Positions 36,872 through 47,081 of a stretch of DNA of 64,000 nt are shown here, in pieces. Position 1 is the first letter of the stretch. Every line of letters begins with the position of its first letter. The DNA comes from Bacteroidales bacterium (GTDB lineage Bacteria > Bacteroidota > Bacteroidia > Bacteroidales > FEN-979): positions 19,736 to 83,735 of the forward strand of contig JBBRTX010000016.1 of the NCBI GenBank assembly GCA_038244085.1, in the 5' to 3' direction. Both the position numbers and the translations under genes were made by a program. The notes beneath the pieces are model-generated. The model searched no databases, was not told where the DNA came from, and saw only the letters and a program-made list of their open reading frames with translations.

Positions 36872-37039
36872 AGAAATTCTGATTTTTTACCGGCAGACTA
36901 TAAATATGAAATCAGCAGTGCTTCATGAACGGTGATGCATGAATCCAAAAATTTTCCTGATAACTCGTAAAAAATTTTTGTGTCCATTTTTGTTTTTTAC
37001 TTCTTCGGCTGAAATGAAAAAGGTAGTATGTTTCTGAGC

Positions 37040-37081
37040 GAAACGCTGCTTCTCTGCGGCTGCGGTGAAATTTAACGCTTT
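37040..37081 (+). repeat. Dispersed ~45-bp intergenic repeat, copy C
   Basis: GAAACGCTGCTTCTCTGCGGCTGCGGTGAAATTTAACGCTTT. It forms an inverted pair with copy B across a 168-bp AT-rich spacer. Confidence 0.7.
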
Positions 37082-37169
37082 GAACAATGAATGAATGGGA
37101 TTGCTGGTTGTTGCGAGTATAAACGGATCAAAGGGCAAAGGCTGTCACGCGCCACACTCCTTTATTTTG

Positions 37170-37177
37170 TAATTTTG
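37170..37177 (+). promoter_or_regulatory. -7 box (TAATTTTG) abutting the DUF3109 start codon
   Basis: TAnnTTTG match only 4 nt upstream of the ATG at 37182, which would give a leaderless transcript if functional. Confidence 0.3.
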
Positions 37178-37181
37178 CATC

Positions 37182-37745
37182 ATGATTAAGCTTGATAAAA
37201 CCATTGTATCAGACGACATCCGGGATGTATTCTTTTGTTGTGATCTTGACAAATGCAAAGGCGCCTGCTGTGTGGATGGTGATGCCGGGGCGCCGCTCGA
37301 AGAAGAAGAAATTTCGTTGCTTGAGGATTATATCGATGAGATAAAGCCGTTCATGACTCCGGAAGGAATTATAGAAATCGCCTCTATCGGGGTTTTTGAT
37401 TATGATCCGGATGGAAAGTTTGTCACCCCGCTGATCAAAGGATGTGAGTGTGCTTTTGTTTATTTCGAAAACGGGATTGTTCGCTGTGCCATCGAAAAAG
37501 CATTTCAGGAAAAGAAAATCCCCTTCCCCAAGCCGCTTTCCTGTCATCTATACCCGATCCGGCTCAGTGAATTGAAGGATGGAACCGAGGCAGTCAATTA
37601 CCACAAATGGTCCATCTGCCGGAAAGCGCTGGATAATGGAAAGAAACTAAACCTTCCGTTGTACCTGTTCCTGAAGGATCCCCTGATCCGGAAATTCGGA
37701 CGTGCCTGGTACAATAAGCTATCAAGGCTGATTGAGGGACGATAG
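37182..37745 (+). CDS. DUF3109-family Cys-rich protein
   Basis: 187 aa. The N-terminal FFCCDLDKCKGACCVDGDAGAPLEEEE pattern is as I recall for Bacteroidota DUF3109 proteins. Confidence 0.65.
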   Translation: MIKLDKTIVSDDIRDVFFCCDLDKCKGACCVDGDAGAPLEEEEISLLEDYIDEIKPFMTPEGIIEIASIGVFDYDPDGKFVTPLIKGCECAFVYFENGIVRCAIEKAFQEKKIPFPKPLSCHLYPIRLSELKDGTEAVNYHKWSICRKALDNGKKLNLPLYLFLKDPLIRKFGRAWYNKLSRLIEGR

Positions 37746-37814
37746 TGAAACGAACAATCGAATATTGAAGGATAAATTAACTTTGAATTCCGAACCCACC
37801 CTTAATTTCCACTG

Positions 37815-38348
37815 TTACGCTTTGGCGGCAGCAGCGGCAAGCATCGACGCCCGCTTTATCACAGCCAATGCAGCCAGCTCTTTATCAATATGGAACAGGC
37901 CTCCTTTTTCATCACCGGCAAGGTTCAGTTTATCCAGCACCGATCGGGCTGAACTCTCCTCTTCAATCTGTTCAGTGATAAACCATTGCAGAAAATTCCC
38001 GGTCGAAAAATCTTTTTCGGCAATGGTGGTCGCATACAACTCATTGATGGAAGCAGTGATATATTCCTCATGGCGAAGAACCTGGGTGAAAATGTCCACC
38101 AGCGATTTAAACTTATACACCGGCGATTTCAGCGCTTCCAGTATGGCATATCCTCCGCGATCGTTCAGATAATGGATAAATTTCAGCTCATGTACCCGCT
38201 CCTCATCGGTTTGCGCGAAAAGGAAATCGGCTGCTCCCTGGTAGCCTTTCGACTGGCACCATGAGGCCATGGAAAGATAGATCCGGGAAGATTGTTCCTC
38301 GCGTCCTATCTGCTGATTGATGGCTTGTTCAACGGTTTTACTTATCAT
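37815..38348 (-). CDS. ftnA: Ferritin (non-haem, bacterial Ftn type)
   Basis: 177 aa. Ferroxidase-centre context (EQSSRIYLSMASW..., DEERVHELKFIHYLNDRGG, ...HEEYIT...) typical of Ftn. Confidence 0.85.
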   Translation of the reverse strand: MISKTVEQAINQQIGREEQSSRIYLSMASWCQSKGYQGAADFLFAQTDEERVHELKFIHYLNDRGGYAILEALKSPVYKFKSLVDIFTQVLRHEEYITASINELYATTIAEKDFSTGNFLQWFITEQIEEESSARSVLDKLNLAGDEKGGLFHIDKELAALAVIKRASMLAAAAAKA

Positions 38349-38396
38349 AGCTCAAATAATAACAGGGTAAAGACAACAACTCATAACTTATTATTG

Positions 38397-38404
38397 CAAA
38401 GATA
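38397..38404 (-). promoter_or_regulatory. -7 box (TATCTTTG) upstream of ferritin
   Basis: TAnnTTTG match 48 nt upstream of the ATG at 38348. Confidence 0.4.
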
Positions 38405-38426
38405 AGCGATAAACCATGAAAGTCAG

Positions 38427-39320
38427 TTATCCTTTCAGTGCTTCGGCACCGGCCACAATTTCGAGGAGTTCGTTGGTGATAGCGTTCTGGCGGGCTTTGT
38501 TGTAAGAAATGTTCAGCCCTTTCAGCAGCTCTTTCGCATTTTCCGTTGCTTTATGCATGGCCGTCATCCGCGCTCCCTGCTCGGAGGCGAAAGAATCAAG
38601 GATCGCTTTATAGAGCTGGATTTTCAGCATTTTTGGGATCAGTTCCCGGATGATCGTTTCCTTGTCGGGTTCGAAAATATAATCCGGGATCTTTGTTTTT
38701 GATTTCGGAATCAACGGATCTTCCGGAGGAGGAAGAATCGGTAAAAACGGTTCCACGATCAGCCGCTGTACCGCTGCATTTTTAAACTGGTTATAGATGA
38801 TCAGGATCCGGTCGTACTTTCGGCTGGCAAATTCATTCATCAGTTTTTCCGCAAGCGGCGAAGCCTTTTCAAAGGTGAGATTATCAAAAATCTCATCATG
38901 GGATTCTATCACCTTGAATCCTCTTTTTCTGAAAAACTCTGATGCCTTTCTTCCCACGGTAATCAGGCTGACATTGCCCAATTCGTTTTGGGTACGATAA
39001 ACAGAAAATATCTGTTCGGAAGTGGCTTTGATGATGTTGGAGTTGAAGCCTCCGCACATTCCGCGGTTGGAGGTAATGGCCACCAACAGGATTTTTTCCG
39101 CCGGCCGTTCTGTGGAAAAGACATTTTCGCCGGAATCATCAATGCTGGCACTCAGGTTCTGCATGATATTCCGAAGCCTGGCAGCATAAGGGCGTAACCT
39201 GAGAATGGCATTTTGTGCCTTTCGCAGCTTTGAGGCGGCTACCATTTTCATTGCATTGGTAATTTGTTGTGTGGATTTTACCGATGCAATGCGGATGCGT
39301 ACTTCTTTTAAACCAGCCAT
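38427..39320 (-). CDS. atpG: F0F1 ATP synthase subunit gamma
   Basis: 297 aa with N-terminal MAGLKEVRIRIASVKSTQQITNAMKMVAASKLRKAQ and C-terminal ITNELLEIVAGAEAL. Confidence 0.95.
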   Translation of the reverse strand: MAGLKEVRIRIASVKSTQQITNAMKMVAASKLRKAQNAILRLRPYAARLRNIMQNLSASIDDSGENVFSTERPAEKILLVAITSNRGMCGGFNSNIIKATSEQIFSVYRTQNELGNVSLITVGRKASEFFRKRGFKVIESHDEIFDNLTFEKASPLAEKLMNEFASRKYDRILIIYNQFKNAAVQRLIVEPFLPILPPPEDPLIPKSKTKIPDYIFEPDKETIIRELIPKMLKIQLYKAILDSFASEQGARMTAMHKATENAKELLKGLNISYNKARQNAITNELLEIVAGAEALKG

Positions 39321-39329
39321 GATCCGTCC

Positions 39330-40919
39330 TTATTTCTTTTCTTCATACTTAACGGAAACCTCTTTTGCAAGCTGTTCCATGGATTTTACATCCTCGTCCA
39401 GCAGTTTCCCTTCCTTGAGGTTCTTCAGCACGTTATCAAATCTCAGTTCCATCTGGTTAAGGAAATCAATCTCAAAATTGGCTACACTTCTTACCGGAAT
39501 GTTTTTCAGGAGATTTCGTGTTCCGCAAAAGATGATCGCAATCTGTTTTTCCACGGCCATTGGCGAAAACTGTGCCTGTTTCAGGATCTCCACGTTACGG
39601 GCTCCTTTATCCAGGACGGCTTTTGTAGAGGCATCGAGATCGGAACCAAATTTCGAAAAAGCCTCGAGTTCCCTGTATTCTGCCTGGTCGAGTTTCAGCG
39701 TTCCGGCAACTTTTTTCATCGATTTGATCTGGGCATTTCCTCCCACGCGCGAAACGGAGATCCCGACGTTGATGGCCGGGCGGATTCCGCTGTTGAACAG
39801 GTTGGTTTCCAGGAAAATCTGACCGTCGGTAATCGAAATTACGTTGGTTGGGATATAGGCAGAAACGTCGCCAGCCTGCGTTTCAATGATCGGTAATGCG
39901 GTAAGTGAACCACCTCCTTTTACCAGATGACGGATGGATTCCGGAAGATCGTTCATGTTTTTGGCCATTGCATCCGAGCTGATGATCCTGGCAGCACGTT
40001 CGAGCAACCGGGAGTGGAGATAGAAAACATCACCGGGATAGGCTTCCCGTCCGGGAGGACGACGAAGCAGCAGGGAGACTTCACGATAGGCGACTGCCTG
40101 TTTCGAAAGATCGTCGTAAATGCAAAGTGCGGAACGACCCGTGTCACGGAAAAATTCGCCGATGGCTGCCCCGGCAAACGGTGCATAGAACTGCATGGCG
40201 GCAGGATCGGAGGCGGTGGCCGCAATGACCACCGTATAGGCCAGTGCGCCTTTTTCTTCCAGTGTTTTGACAATATTGGCAATGGTTGAGCCTTTTTGTC
40301 CGATGGCTACATAAATGCAATATACCGGGTTACCGGCATCGAAAAAAGGCTTCTGATTGATGATGGTATCGATGGCAATAGCGGTCTTGCCGGTCTGACG
40401 GTCGCCGATAATCAGCTCACGTTGTCCCCTTCCGATAGGAATCATGGCATCAATGGGTTTTAAGCCGGTCTGGAGGGGTTGGTTCACGGGCTGACGGAAG
40501 ATGACACCGGGCGCTTTTCTTTCGAGCGGCATCTCAAACAATTCCCCTGTGATCTTTCCTTTTCCATCCATCGGCTCCCCAAGCGTGTTGATGACGCGGC
40601 CGAGCAGACCTTCACCCACCAGGATGGAGGCAATCTTTCCGGTTCGCTTCACCGTATCTCCTTCTTTCAGGTCGTGGGCTTCACCCAGCATAACCGCACC
40701 TACATTATCTTCCTCGAGGTTCAGCACAATCGCTTTCAGGCCATTCTTTTCAAATTCCACCAGTTCTCCGGATTCTGCATTGTACAGTCCGTAAATCCTG
40801 GCAATCCCGTCACCGATAGTAAGCACGGTGCCCACTTCTTCAAGTTGGGCGGCCGTTTGGTACCCGGCCAGTTCCTGCCGTAAGATCGCGGAAACTTCCG
40901 CAGGCTTAATTTCTGCCAT
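39330..40919 (-). CDS. atpA: F0F1 ATP synthase subunit alpha
   Basis: 529 aa with Walker A GDRQTGKT and the alpha-subunit signature ...[14 protein letters not shown]. Confidence 0.97.
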   Translation of the reverse strand: MAEIKPAEVSAILRQELAGYQTAAQLEEVGTVLTIGDGIARIYGLYNAESGELVEFEKNGLKAIVLNLEEDNVGAVMLGEAHDLKEGDTVKRTGKIASILVGEGLLGRVINTLGEPMDGKGKITGELFEMPLERKAPGVIFRQPVNQPLQTGLKPIDAMIPIGRGQRELIIGDRQTGKTAIAIDTIINQKPFFDAGNPVYCIYVAIGQKGSTIANIVKTLEEKGALAYTVVIAATASDPAAMQFYAPFAGAAIGEFFRDTGRSALCIYDDLSKQAVAYREVSLLLRRPPGREAYPGDVFYLHSRLLERAARIISSDAMAKNMNDLPESIRHLVKGGGSLTALPIIETQAGDVSAYIPTNVISITDGQIFLETNLFNSGIRPAINVGISVSRVGGNAQIKSMKKVAGTLKLDQAEYRELEAFSKFGSDLDASTKAVLDKGARNVEILKQAQFSPMAVEKQIAIIFCGTRNLLKNIPVRSVANFEIDFLNQMELRFDNVLKNLKEGKLLDEDVKSMEQLAKEVSVKYEEKK

Positions 40920-40938
40920 ATGATTTGTTTTTTCTGCT

Positions 40939-41499
40939 TTACAATTTTTTTACAAAAAGATTGATCCTTGCCACGTCTTTTCTTAATTTATTGATCTGAT
41001 TCAGGACGCTGGCATCATATTGTTTCCCTTTCCAGTTCAGTATAAACCCTCCGATCATATCTTTCCGGACTTCTTCCTCCAACTCGATCTGGAGACCGGT
41101 ATAATTTTTCATTACGTTGATGATCTGCTGGCGGATTTCCGGGGTTACCGGCACTGCCGTTCTTACGTGAGTGACCAGGATGCCTTTGTGTTCCTTGTAA
41201 AGATCAACAAAGGCCTGTGCGATATCCGGCAGGTATTTCTCGCGGCGTTTCCGGATGATGATCGTCAGGAAGGTGAAAGTGATTTCAGAAATGGCTCCCT
41301 TCAGCACTTCCTGGATGATCTTCCGCTTTTTGTCGGGATGGATGATAGGACTCCGCAGCATCAACAAAAAATCATTTGATGTTGAACATACCGAAGCGAT
41401 CACCGCCATATCTTTCATTACGGGTTCCAGCTCATTTCTTTCAATCGCAAGATCGAAAAGCGCTTTGGCGTAAGGTATTGCTATCGGAGAGATATTCAT
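40939..41499 (-). CDS. atpH: F0F1 ATP synthase subunit delta (OSCP)
   Basis: 186 aa with the N-terminal [13 protein letters not shown] motif. Lies between atpF and atpA. Confidence 0.85.
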   Translation of the reverse strand: MNISPIAIPYAKALFDLAIERNELEPVMKDMAVIASVCSTSNDFLLMLRSPIIHPDKKRKIIQEVLKGAISEITFTFLTIIIRKRREKYLPDIAQAFVDLYKEHKGILVTHVRTAVPVTPEIRQQIINVMKNYTGLQIELEEEVRKDMIGGFILNWKGKQYDASVLNQINKLRKDVARINLFVKKL

Positions 41500-41993
41500 C
41501 AGTTAAAGTTGATGTTATCAGTTAGTTCTTTAATGTAGGCTTGTTGCTTTTGGGGATCTGCCAACTCCCGCTGTAAAATTTTCTTCGCTATGTCGAGCGA
41601 TATTTCCGCAAGCTGGTTCTTCAGTTCCGTCAGGGCAGCCATTTTTTCATAGTTGATGCTTTCCCTTGCGCTGGCTACAATACGGTTGGCTTCTTCGCCG
41701 GCTTTCTGTTTTGCCACTTCGATGATGGATTCTTTCATCTTACGGGCTTCCATCAGGATGATATCCCGCTCATTTTTGGCTTCCTGCAGCAGTTTTTCAT
41801 TGCTGAACACCATCTTCTTCATCTCGTTTTTGGCTTCTTCGGCCGACATGAGGGCGGTATGAATTGAGGCTTCTCGCTCCTTCAACGCTTTCAGGATCGG
41901 ACGCCAGGCATATTTGGCAAGGATGTACAGGATGGCTGAAAAAGCCAATGTCATCCAGATGATCAAACCCAGGCCGGGATTAACAAGTTCCAT
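41499..41993 (-). CDS. atpF: F0F1 ATP synthase subunit b
   Basis: 164 aa with one N-terminal TM helix followed by a long charged helix. 1-nt overlap with atpH. Confidence 0.85.
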   Translation of the reverse strand: MELVNPGLGLIIWMTLAFSAILYILAKYAWRPILKALKEREASIHTALMSAEEAKNEMKKMVFSNEKLLQEAKNERDIILMEARKMKESIIEVAKQKAGEEANRIVASARESINYEKMAALTELKNQLAEISLDIAKKILQRELADPQKQQAYIKELTDNINFN

Positions 41994-42122
41994 ATCTCTT
42001 TTTCTTAAAAGTCGTTAACTGAAAAACTCCTCCTCCTTCAATCATGCGACAGAACGAGGCGGAGTCCTTGAAATTCTCATGGATCTGACCAACCGTCAGA
42101 CCCGAAGAATTTATTGCTTTCC

Positions 42123-42386
<264 letters not shown>

Positions 42387-42444
42387 TTAAAATTTAAAAT
42401 GTGACTATAATTATCAAAATTCAATCATTTGATTGCATTCCCAT

Positions 42445-43608
42445 TCAAGCCTTCGCATGATGTTCTGGCTCGGCAAGGGCCAAACCAAAATAAAGTGCGG
42501 AAAGCAGCGTAAAGACATATGCCTGGATCACGGCAACCAGCAATTCGAGCAGATCCATGAAAACCATGAACAATAAGGTCGGAATACCCACTCCAATGCC
42601 CAATGCGGTTGACATTTGTCCGAAGATAAAAATAATGCTGATGAATCCCAGGATGATGATATGTCCTGCCGTCATGTTGGCGAAAAGCCGGACCATCAAC
42701 ACAAAGGGTTTGGTAATGATGCCGATAATCTCAACGATGGGCATCAGGGGAATCGGGAATTTAAGCCACCATGGCACTCCGGGCGTGTTCACAATGTCAA
42801 CCCAGTAATGCTTGTTTCCGCTGAAACTGGTAATGATGAACGTGAAAACCGCCATCACGCCGGTCACGGCGATATTCCCGGTAACATTGGCTCCTCCGGG
42901 GAAAAAAGGTACGATACCGAGCAGGTTGTTGAAAAAGATGAAAAAGAAGATGGTCAGGAGATATGGCATGTATTTCTCATAATTCTTCACTCCGATTGAG
43001 CTCTTTGCCACATCGTCACGGATGAAAAGGATCAGGGGTTCGAGGAGATTCTGGAGACCGGTTGGAGCGATATTCGGATTTCGCTGGTATTTCCTGGCGA
43101 CACTGGTAAAGATGAAGATCAGGAATAATCCGCTCAGGAAGATGGCTAAAACCGTTTTTGTGATAGACATATCGATGATCGTGGGTCCGGGTTGGCCTGT
43201 GATGGCTTCCTTCACTGTTACGATCTTGCCTTTGTGAGGACCTTCCTCCGCAATGGTAAAGCCTTTATAGGAATGTAACTCGTTATGGAACTGATTCGAG
43301 AAAAAAGAATAAAATTTTCCTTCGGAATAGAGCAAAACGGGTAAAGGAATGCTGAGCTTAAAGTGACCCATTTCCAGGATGTGCCATTCATAAGCATCCA
43401 CCACATGCTCGACGATCATTTTCCCGGGATTGAACTTTTCCGTTTCGCTCAAACCCTTCAGCCCATGAACGGCGAATGAGTCGGCTGCGACAAGACGGGA
43501 ATCTTCCCCGCTTGCTGCAAACAAAGAGATCCGCATCAGTACCAGTAAGGTGAGAAGCGGAAAAAAATAAATTCGGGGACTTCTTTGTTTATTTCTGTAA
43601 ATGGCCAA
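42445..43608 (-). CDS. atpB: F0F1 ATP synthase subunit a
   Basis: 387 aa with the conserved C-terminal region (VRLFANMTAGHIIIL...). The long N-terminal extension is common in Bacteroidota. The track start is TTG at 43608, so the exact start is uncertain. Confidence 0.9.
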   Translation of the reverse strand: MAIYRNKQRSPRIYFFPLLTLLVLMRISLFAASGEDSRLVAADSFAVHGLKGLSETEKFNPGKMIVEHVVDAYEWHILEMGHFKLSIPLPVLLYSEGKFYSFFSNQFHNELHSYKGFTIAEEGPHKGKIVTVKEAITGQPGPTIIDMSITKTVLAIFLSGLFLIFIFTSVARKYQRNPNIAPTGLQNLLEPLILFIRDDVAKSSIGVKNYEKYMPYLLTIFFFIFFNNLLGIVPFFPGGANVTGNIAVTGVMAVFTFIITSFSGNKHYWVDIVNTPGVPWWLKFPIPLMPIVEIIGIITKPFVLMVRLFANMTAGHIIILGFISIIFIFGQMSTALGIGVGIPTLLFMVFMDLLELLVAVIQAYVFTLLSALYFGLALAEPEHHAKA

Positions 43609-43634
43609 TGAGACTAAAAAATTAAAACAGTTGG

Positions 43635-43642
43635 CAAAGATA
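43635..43642 (-). promoter_or_regulatory. -7 box (TATCTTTG) upstream of atpB
   Basis: TAnnTTTG match 26 nt upstream of the TTG start at 43608. Confidence 0.4.
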
Positions 43643-43647
43643 AAAAA

Positions 43648-44010
43648 TTATTTTTTCCCGCCGGTTGGATTATTTACCCAGAAAATCACATACTGGTCAA
43701 TTCCTGCATAGACTTTCGTTGCCCCAAAATCATCAAATCCGGCAGTATTGTACCAGTAGGTTCCCGGATTGAGCTCTCTGAAGATGACAGCTCCGTTTTC
43801 ATTGGTTGTTGAGGAGGTTGCATTGACGTGTCCCGCCAGGTCTTCCCTGTTAACAGACAAGTTGATCTGGACATTCTTTAGCAAATCACCGGAAGAATTC
43901 ATTGCCACAATGGTGAGGGATCCCTGGGTTGCCGGTTTATCACTGCAAGAGGAGAAAAACAAAAATCCTCCAAGCGTCAATAATATGAAAATTGCTGTTA
44001 TTTTTTTCAT
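43648..44010 (-). CDS. Small lipoprotein, unknown function (possibly a carboxypeptidase-regulatory-like beta-sandwich)
   Basis: 120 aa with a lipobox (FFSSCSD) and the beta-rich pattern ...NGAVIFRELNPGTYWY.... Confidence 0.55.
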   Translation of the reverse strand: MKKITAIFILLTLGGFLFFSSCSDKPATQGSLTIVAMNSSGDLLKNVQINLSVNREDLAGHVNATSSTTNENGAVIFRELNPGTYWYNTAGFDDFGATKVYAGIDQYVIFWVNNPTGGKK

Positions 44011-44057
44011 TTATTTAAGACTTTGGAATGAATGAGTTAACAAAATTTTTGAAGTTG

Positions 44058-44065
44058 CAAAGATA
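44058..44065 (-). promoter_or_regulatory. -7 box (TATCTTTG) upstream of the lipoprotein/atp genes
   Basis: TAnnTTTG match 47 nt upstream of the ATG at 44010. Confidence 0.4.
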
Positions 44066-44168
44066 CGAGTTTTTACCACTGCTGTAACCTGTGATGAATT
44101 TAATCGTCTGATTCAGCGTCTCTACTCTTGAAGGATCTTTATTTTATATACTCATCCTTAAAAATGAG

Positions 44169-44176
44169 TACTTTTG
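44169..44176 (+). promoter_or_regulatory. -7 box (TACTTTTG) upstream of tolC
   Basis: TAnnTTTG match 60 nt upstream of the ATG at 44237. It overlaps the 3' arm of a TACTCAT/ATGAGTA hairpin. Confidence 0.4.
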
Positions 44177-44236
44177 AGACCTCAAATTACTGACAAGATA
44201 ACTGAATCGGAATACAAACGAGAAAACGCCTGAATC

Positions 44237-45685
44237 ATGCATACATCCGCCGGATTATTGGGACGAAGCGCCCTGATCGCCATCTTTTTCCTGATTTTAT
44301 CATCCTTTGGTTTTTCGCAGAAAATATGGACATTGGAAGATTGTGTTCTTTATGCCCTGGACAATAACCTGGATATCAAAAAGCAGATGCTGCAGGTTGA
44401 ATCCAACAAGAAAGAAGTGACAAAGAGTGTTCTGAACATGCTCCCCGACCTGAATGCCAACGCCACCAATGTCTGGAATTTCGGTCAGACCATCGACATG
44501 TATACCAACACATTCGCCAACTCCACGGTGAGATCAAACAACTTTTATCTCCAAAGCAATGTCGTTTTGTTCCAGGGATTGAACAAGTTCAACACCATGA
44601 AGCAGAACCAGATCGACTTACTGGCGAGCAAATACGACCTGGATGTGTTGAAAAACAACATTTCGCTTTCCGTGGCCGGCTATTATCTGGATATCCTGTT
44701 TAATCTGGAATTGCTCGACATTGCAAGAGAGCAGCTACAGATTACCCGCGACCAGGTGTCAAGAATCAAAAAACGGGTTGATGCCGGGTCTTCGGCACGG
44801 GGTGACCTGCTGAACATCCAGGCGCAGGAGTCTACGGAGGATCTGACCGTTGTAGAAGCCGAAAACCGTCTTGCCATCTCCACCCTTTCTATTCAGCAAC
44901 TCATCGATCTTCCTTATTCGAAAGATTTCCGGATCGAGAAACCGATTCTCAAAAGCGTTGAAAAAAAAGAGCTTGCACAGGCTGAACAGGTTTATAATTA
45001 TGCACTGACGAACCGGCCCGAGATTAAAAGCGCCGATCTTCGTGTACAGAGCGCCCAGAAAAGTCTTGCCATCGCGAGAGGGATTCTTTCTCCCTCCCTT
45101 TCACTCGGTGGTTCCTGGGGAACAGGTTACTCGGGCGCAAGAACGGAACCTGACCCGAATTCAACCAAGGTCCTTATTACTGAACCGATAGGCATCACCC
45201 AAGCCTCACACGACACGGTGTTGACATACCGGTATTTACAAGGGACCAGGGTGAGATCATTCAGCAGCCAATGGGCAGATAACAACAATCAGTCGGTCGG
45301 TTTTTACCTCCGGATCCCAATCTTCAATGGCTGGACGGGAAGAACAACGATTGCCCAGGCAAAGATACGCAGAAGCCAGGCAGAGCTAGACCTTGAAATC
45401 CAAAAGCGGACACTTCGCAACACGATCGAACAGGCATATGCCGATGCAGTTGCTGCGCAGAAGAAATACACCGCTTCCCTGCAAAAGGTGGCGGCCCAGG
45501 AAGAATCGTTCAAATATACTCAGCAGAAATTTGATGTCGGAATGCTCACTTCCTTCGATTTCAATAACAGTAAAAAGGACCTGACGAATGCACATTCAGA
45601 TCTTACGCAGGCCAAATATGACTTTATTTTCAAGACAACCATCCTTGATTTTTACATGGGAAGACCAATCAATATCAACCAATAA
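44237..45685 (+). CDS. tolC: TolC-family outer membrane efflux protein
   Basis: 482 aa with a signal peptide and two OEP repeats with long coiled-coil segments (LEDCVLYALDNNLDIK..., ...AQAKYDFIFKTTILDFYMG). Confidence 0.85.
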   Translation: MHTSAGLLGRSALIAIFFLILSSFGFSQKIWTLEDCVLYALDNNLDIKKQMLQVESNKKEVTKSVLNMLPDLNANATNVWNFGQTIDMYTNTFANSTVRSNNFYLQSNVVLFQGLNKFNTMKQNQIDLLASKYDLDVLKNNISLSVAGYYLDILFNLELLDIAREQLQITRDQVSRIKKRVDAGSSARGDLLNIQAQESTEDLTVVEAENRLAISTLSIQQLIDLPYSKDFRIEKPILKSVEKKELAQAEQVYNYALTNRPEIKSADLRVQSAQKSLAIARGILSPSLSLGGSWGTGYSGARTEPDPNSTKVLITEPIGITQASHDTVLTYRYLQGTRVRSFSSQWADNNNQSVGFYLRIPIFNGWTGRTTIAQAKIRRSQAELDLEIQKRTLRNTIEQAYADAVAAQKKYTASLQKVAAQEESFKYTQQKFDVGMLTSFDFNNSKKDLTNAHSDLTQAKYDFIFKTTILDFYMGRPININQ

Positions 45686-45697
45686 TACACCACACCA

Positions 45698-47071
45698 ATG
45701 GCATTAAAACTTTCAAAGAAAAAAGTATGGATCATCGCAGGATCCGTCACATTAGTCGCTATCCTCATCATTGCTGTTGCCCTGAAGAATACAAACGGGA
45801 AAGAGGTCAAGGTCACTGCCGAAAAAGTGATTAAAAGAACCGTCATTCAATCGGTTTCTGCCAACGGAAAGATCCAGCCGGAGAAAGACATCAAGATCAG
45901 CCCGTATATTTCGGGGGAGGTCGTTGAGTTAATGGTGAAAGAAGGAGACGAGGTAAAGTCAGGTGATTTACTGGCCAAGGTGGATCCCGAGATTTATATT
46001 TCCGCTTTCGATCAGAGCAATGCGGCTGTGAACACGCAGAAAGCCAATGAAGCCAATGCCCGTGCACGGTTATCGCAGATGAAAGCCCAACTCGAAAATG
46101 CACGTACCACTTTTGACCGTCAGCAGAAGCTCTTCACCCAAAATGTAATCTCCCAGTCTGAATTCGATCAGGCCAAATCGGCCTTTGAAGTAGCAAAAGC
46201 CCAGGTGGAAGCTGCCGAACAAGATATCAATGCGTCGGAATTCATGGTAAAGAGTTCAGAGGCTGCCCTGAAAAGATCAAAGGAAGATCTGACCAAAACG
46301 GCGATTTTCGCACCAGCCGATGGTACGGTCTCAAAACTCAGCGTGGAAAAAGGAGAAAGAGTAACCGGAGCTTCCCAGTTTTCGAGCGGTACAGAGATCA
46401 TGCGGATCGCTAACCTGAATGCGATGGAAGCTCAGGTAGAGGTGAATGAAAACGATATCGTCAGGGTAAGCACAGGGGATACAGCGCTCATCGAGGTGGA
46501 TGCCTATATCAACCGAAAATTCAAGGGAGTCGTAACGGAAATTGCTACCTCGGCCAATACCACCGGTGTGACGGTCGACCAGGTGACCAACTTTAATGTA
46601 AAAATCCATATTCTGAAAGAATCATATAAAGATTTACTGAACCCGGCCATACCGAACTACTCACCATTCCGGCCCGGTATGTCGGCAACCGTCGAAATCC
46701 AGACCGAAACGGCCATGAATGTCCTCACTGTTCCCATCCAGGCAGTGACCACCCGCGCTGTGCAGGATACGCTCAAAAAGGATGTGAAGAAAAACGATAA
46801 AAAGCCGGAGACGGACAATGAATATGAGGTAGTGGCTTCAAAAAAGAAAACCGGCGAGATCCAGGAATGTGTTTTTGTGCTGGATAACGGAATAGCTAAA
46901 AAAGTCAACGTAAAGACCGGCATCCAGGATAATACCTATATCCAGATCCTTTCCGGGATTAAAAACGGCCAGGAAATTATTACCGGTCCTTATTCTGTAG
47001 TTTCAAAAACACTGAAAGACAAGGATAAGGTCAAAAAGGTGGATCGTAAAGAGCTGTTTGCCAAAGATTAA
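45698..47071 (+). CDS. Efflux transporter periplasmic adaptor subunit (HlyD/MacA-like MFP)
   Basis: 457 aa with an N-terminal TM anchor, a lipoyl-like domain (GEVVELMVKEGDEVKSGDLLAKVD), a long alpha-hairpin and a beta-barrel domain. Confidence 0.85.
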   Translation: MALKLSKKKVWIIAGSVTLVAILIIAVALKNTNGKEVKVTAEKVIKRTVIQSVSANGKIQPEKDIKISPYISGEVVELMVKEGDEVKSGDLLAKVDPEIYISAFDQSNAAVNTQKANEANARARLSQMKAQLENARTTFDRQQKLFTQNVISQSEFDQAKSAFEVAKAQVEAAEQDINASEFMVKSSEAALKRSKEDLTKTAIFAPADGTVSKLSVEKGERVTGASQFSSGTEIMRIANLNAMEAQVEVNENDIVRVSTGDTALIEVDAYINRKFKGVVTEIATSANTTGVTVDQVTNFNVKIHILKESYKDLLNPAIPNYSPFRPGMSATVEIQTETAMNVLTVPIQAVTTRAVQDTLKKDVKKNDKKPETDNEYEVVASKKKTGEIQECVFVLDNGIAKKVNVKTGIQDNTYIQILSGIKNGQEIITGPYSVVSKTLKDKDKVKKVDRKELFAKD

Positions 47072-47081
47072 CCTAATCAAA

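Noticed and set aside
36923-37138. 71-aa ORF inside the nuoA2-DUF3109 spacer, and the 105-aa ORF at 10494-10811.
   Set aside because: Both owe their shared FTA(A/E)A segment to translation of the dispersed DNA repeat. There is no promoter or start context, the composition is AT-rich and non-coding-like, and one overlaps the end of a real gene.
42084-42100. Hairpin (TCTGAC-CAACC-GTCAGA) in the 129-bp atpE-atpF spacer as a possible attenuator.
   Set aside because: It has only a 6-bp stem and no U-tract. Such spacers after atpE are common, and this is too weak to call.
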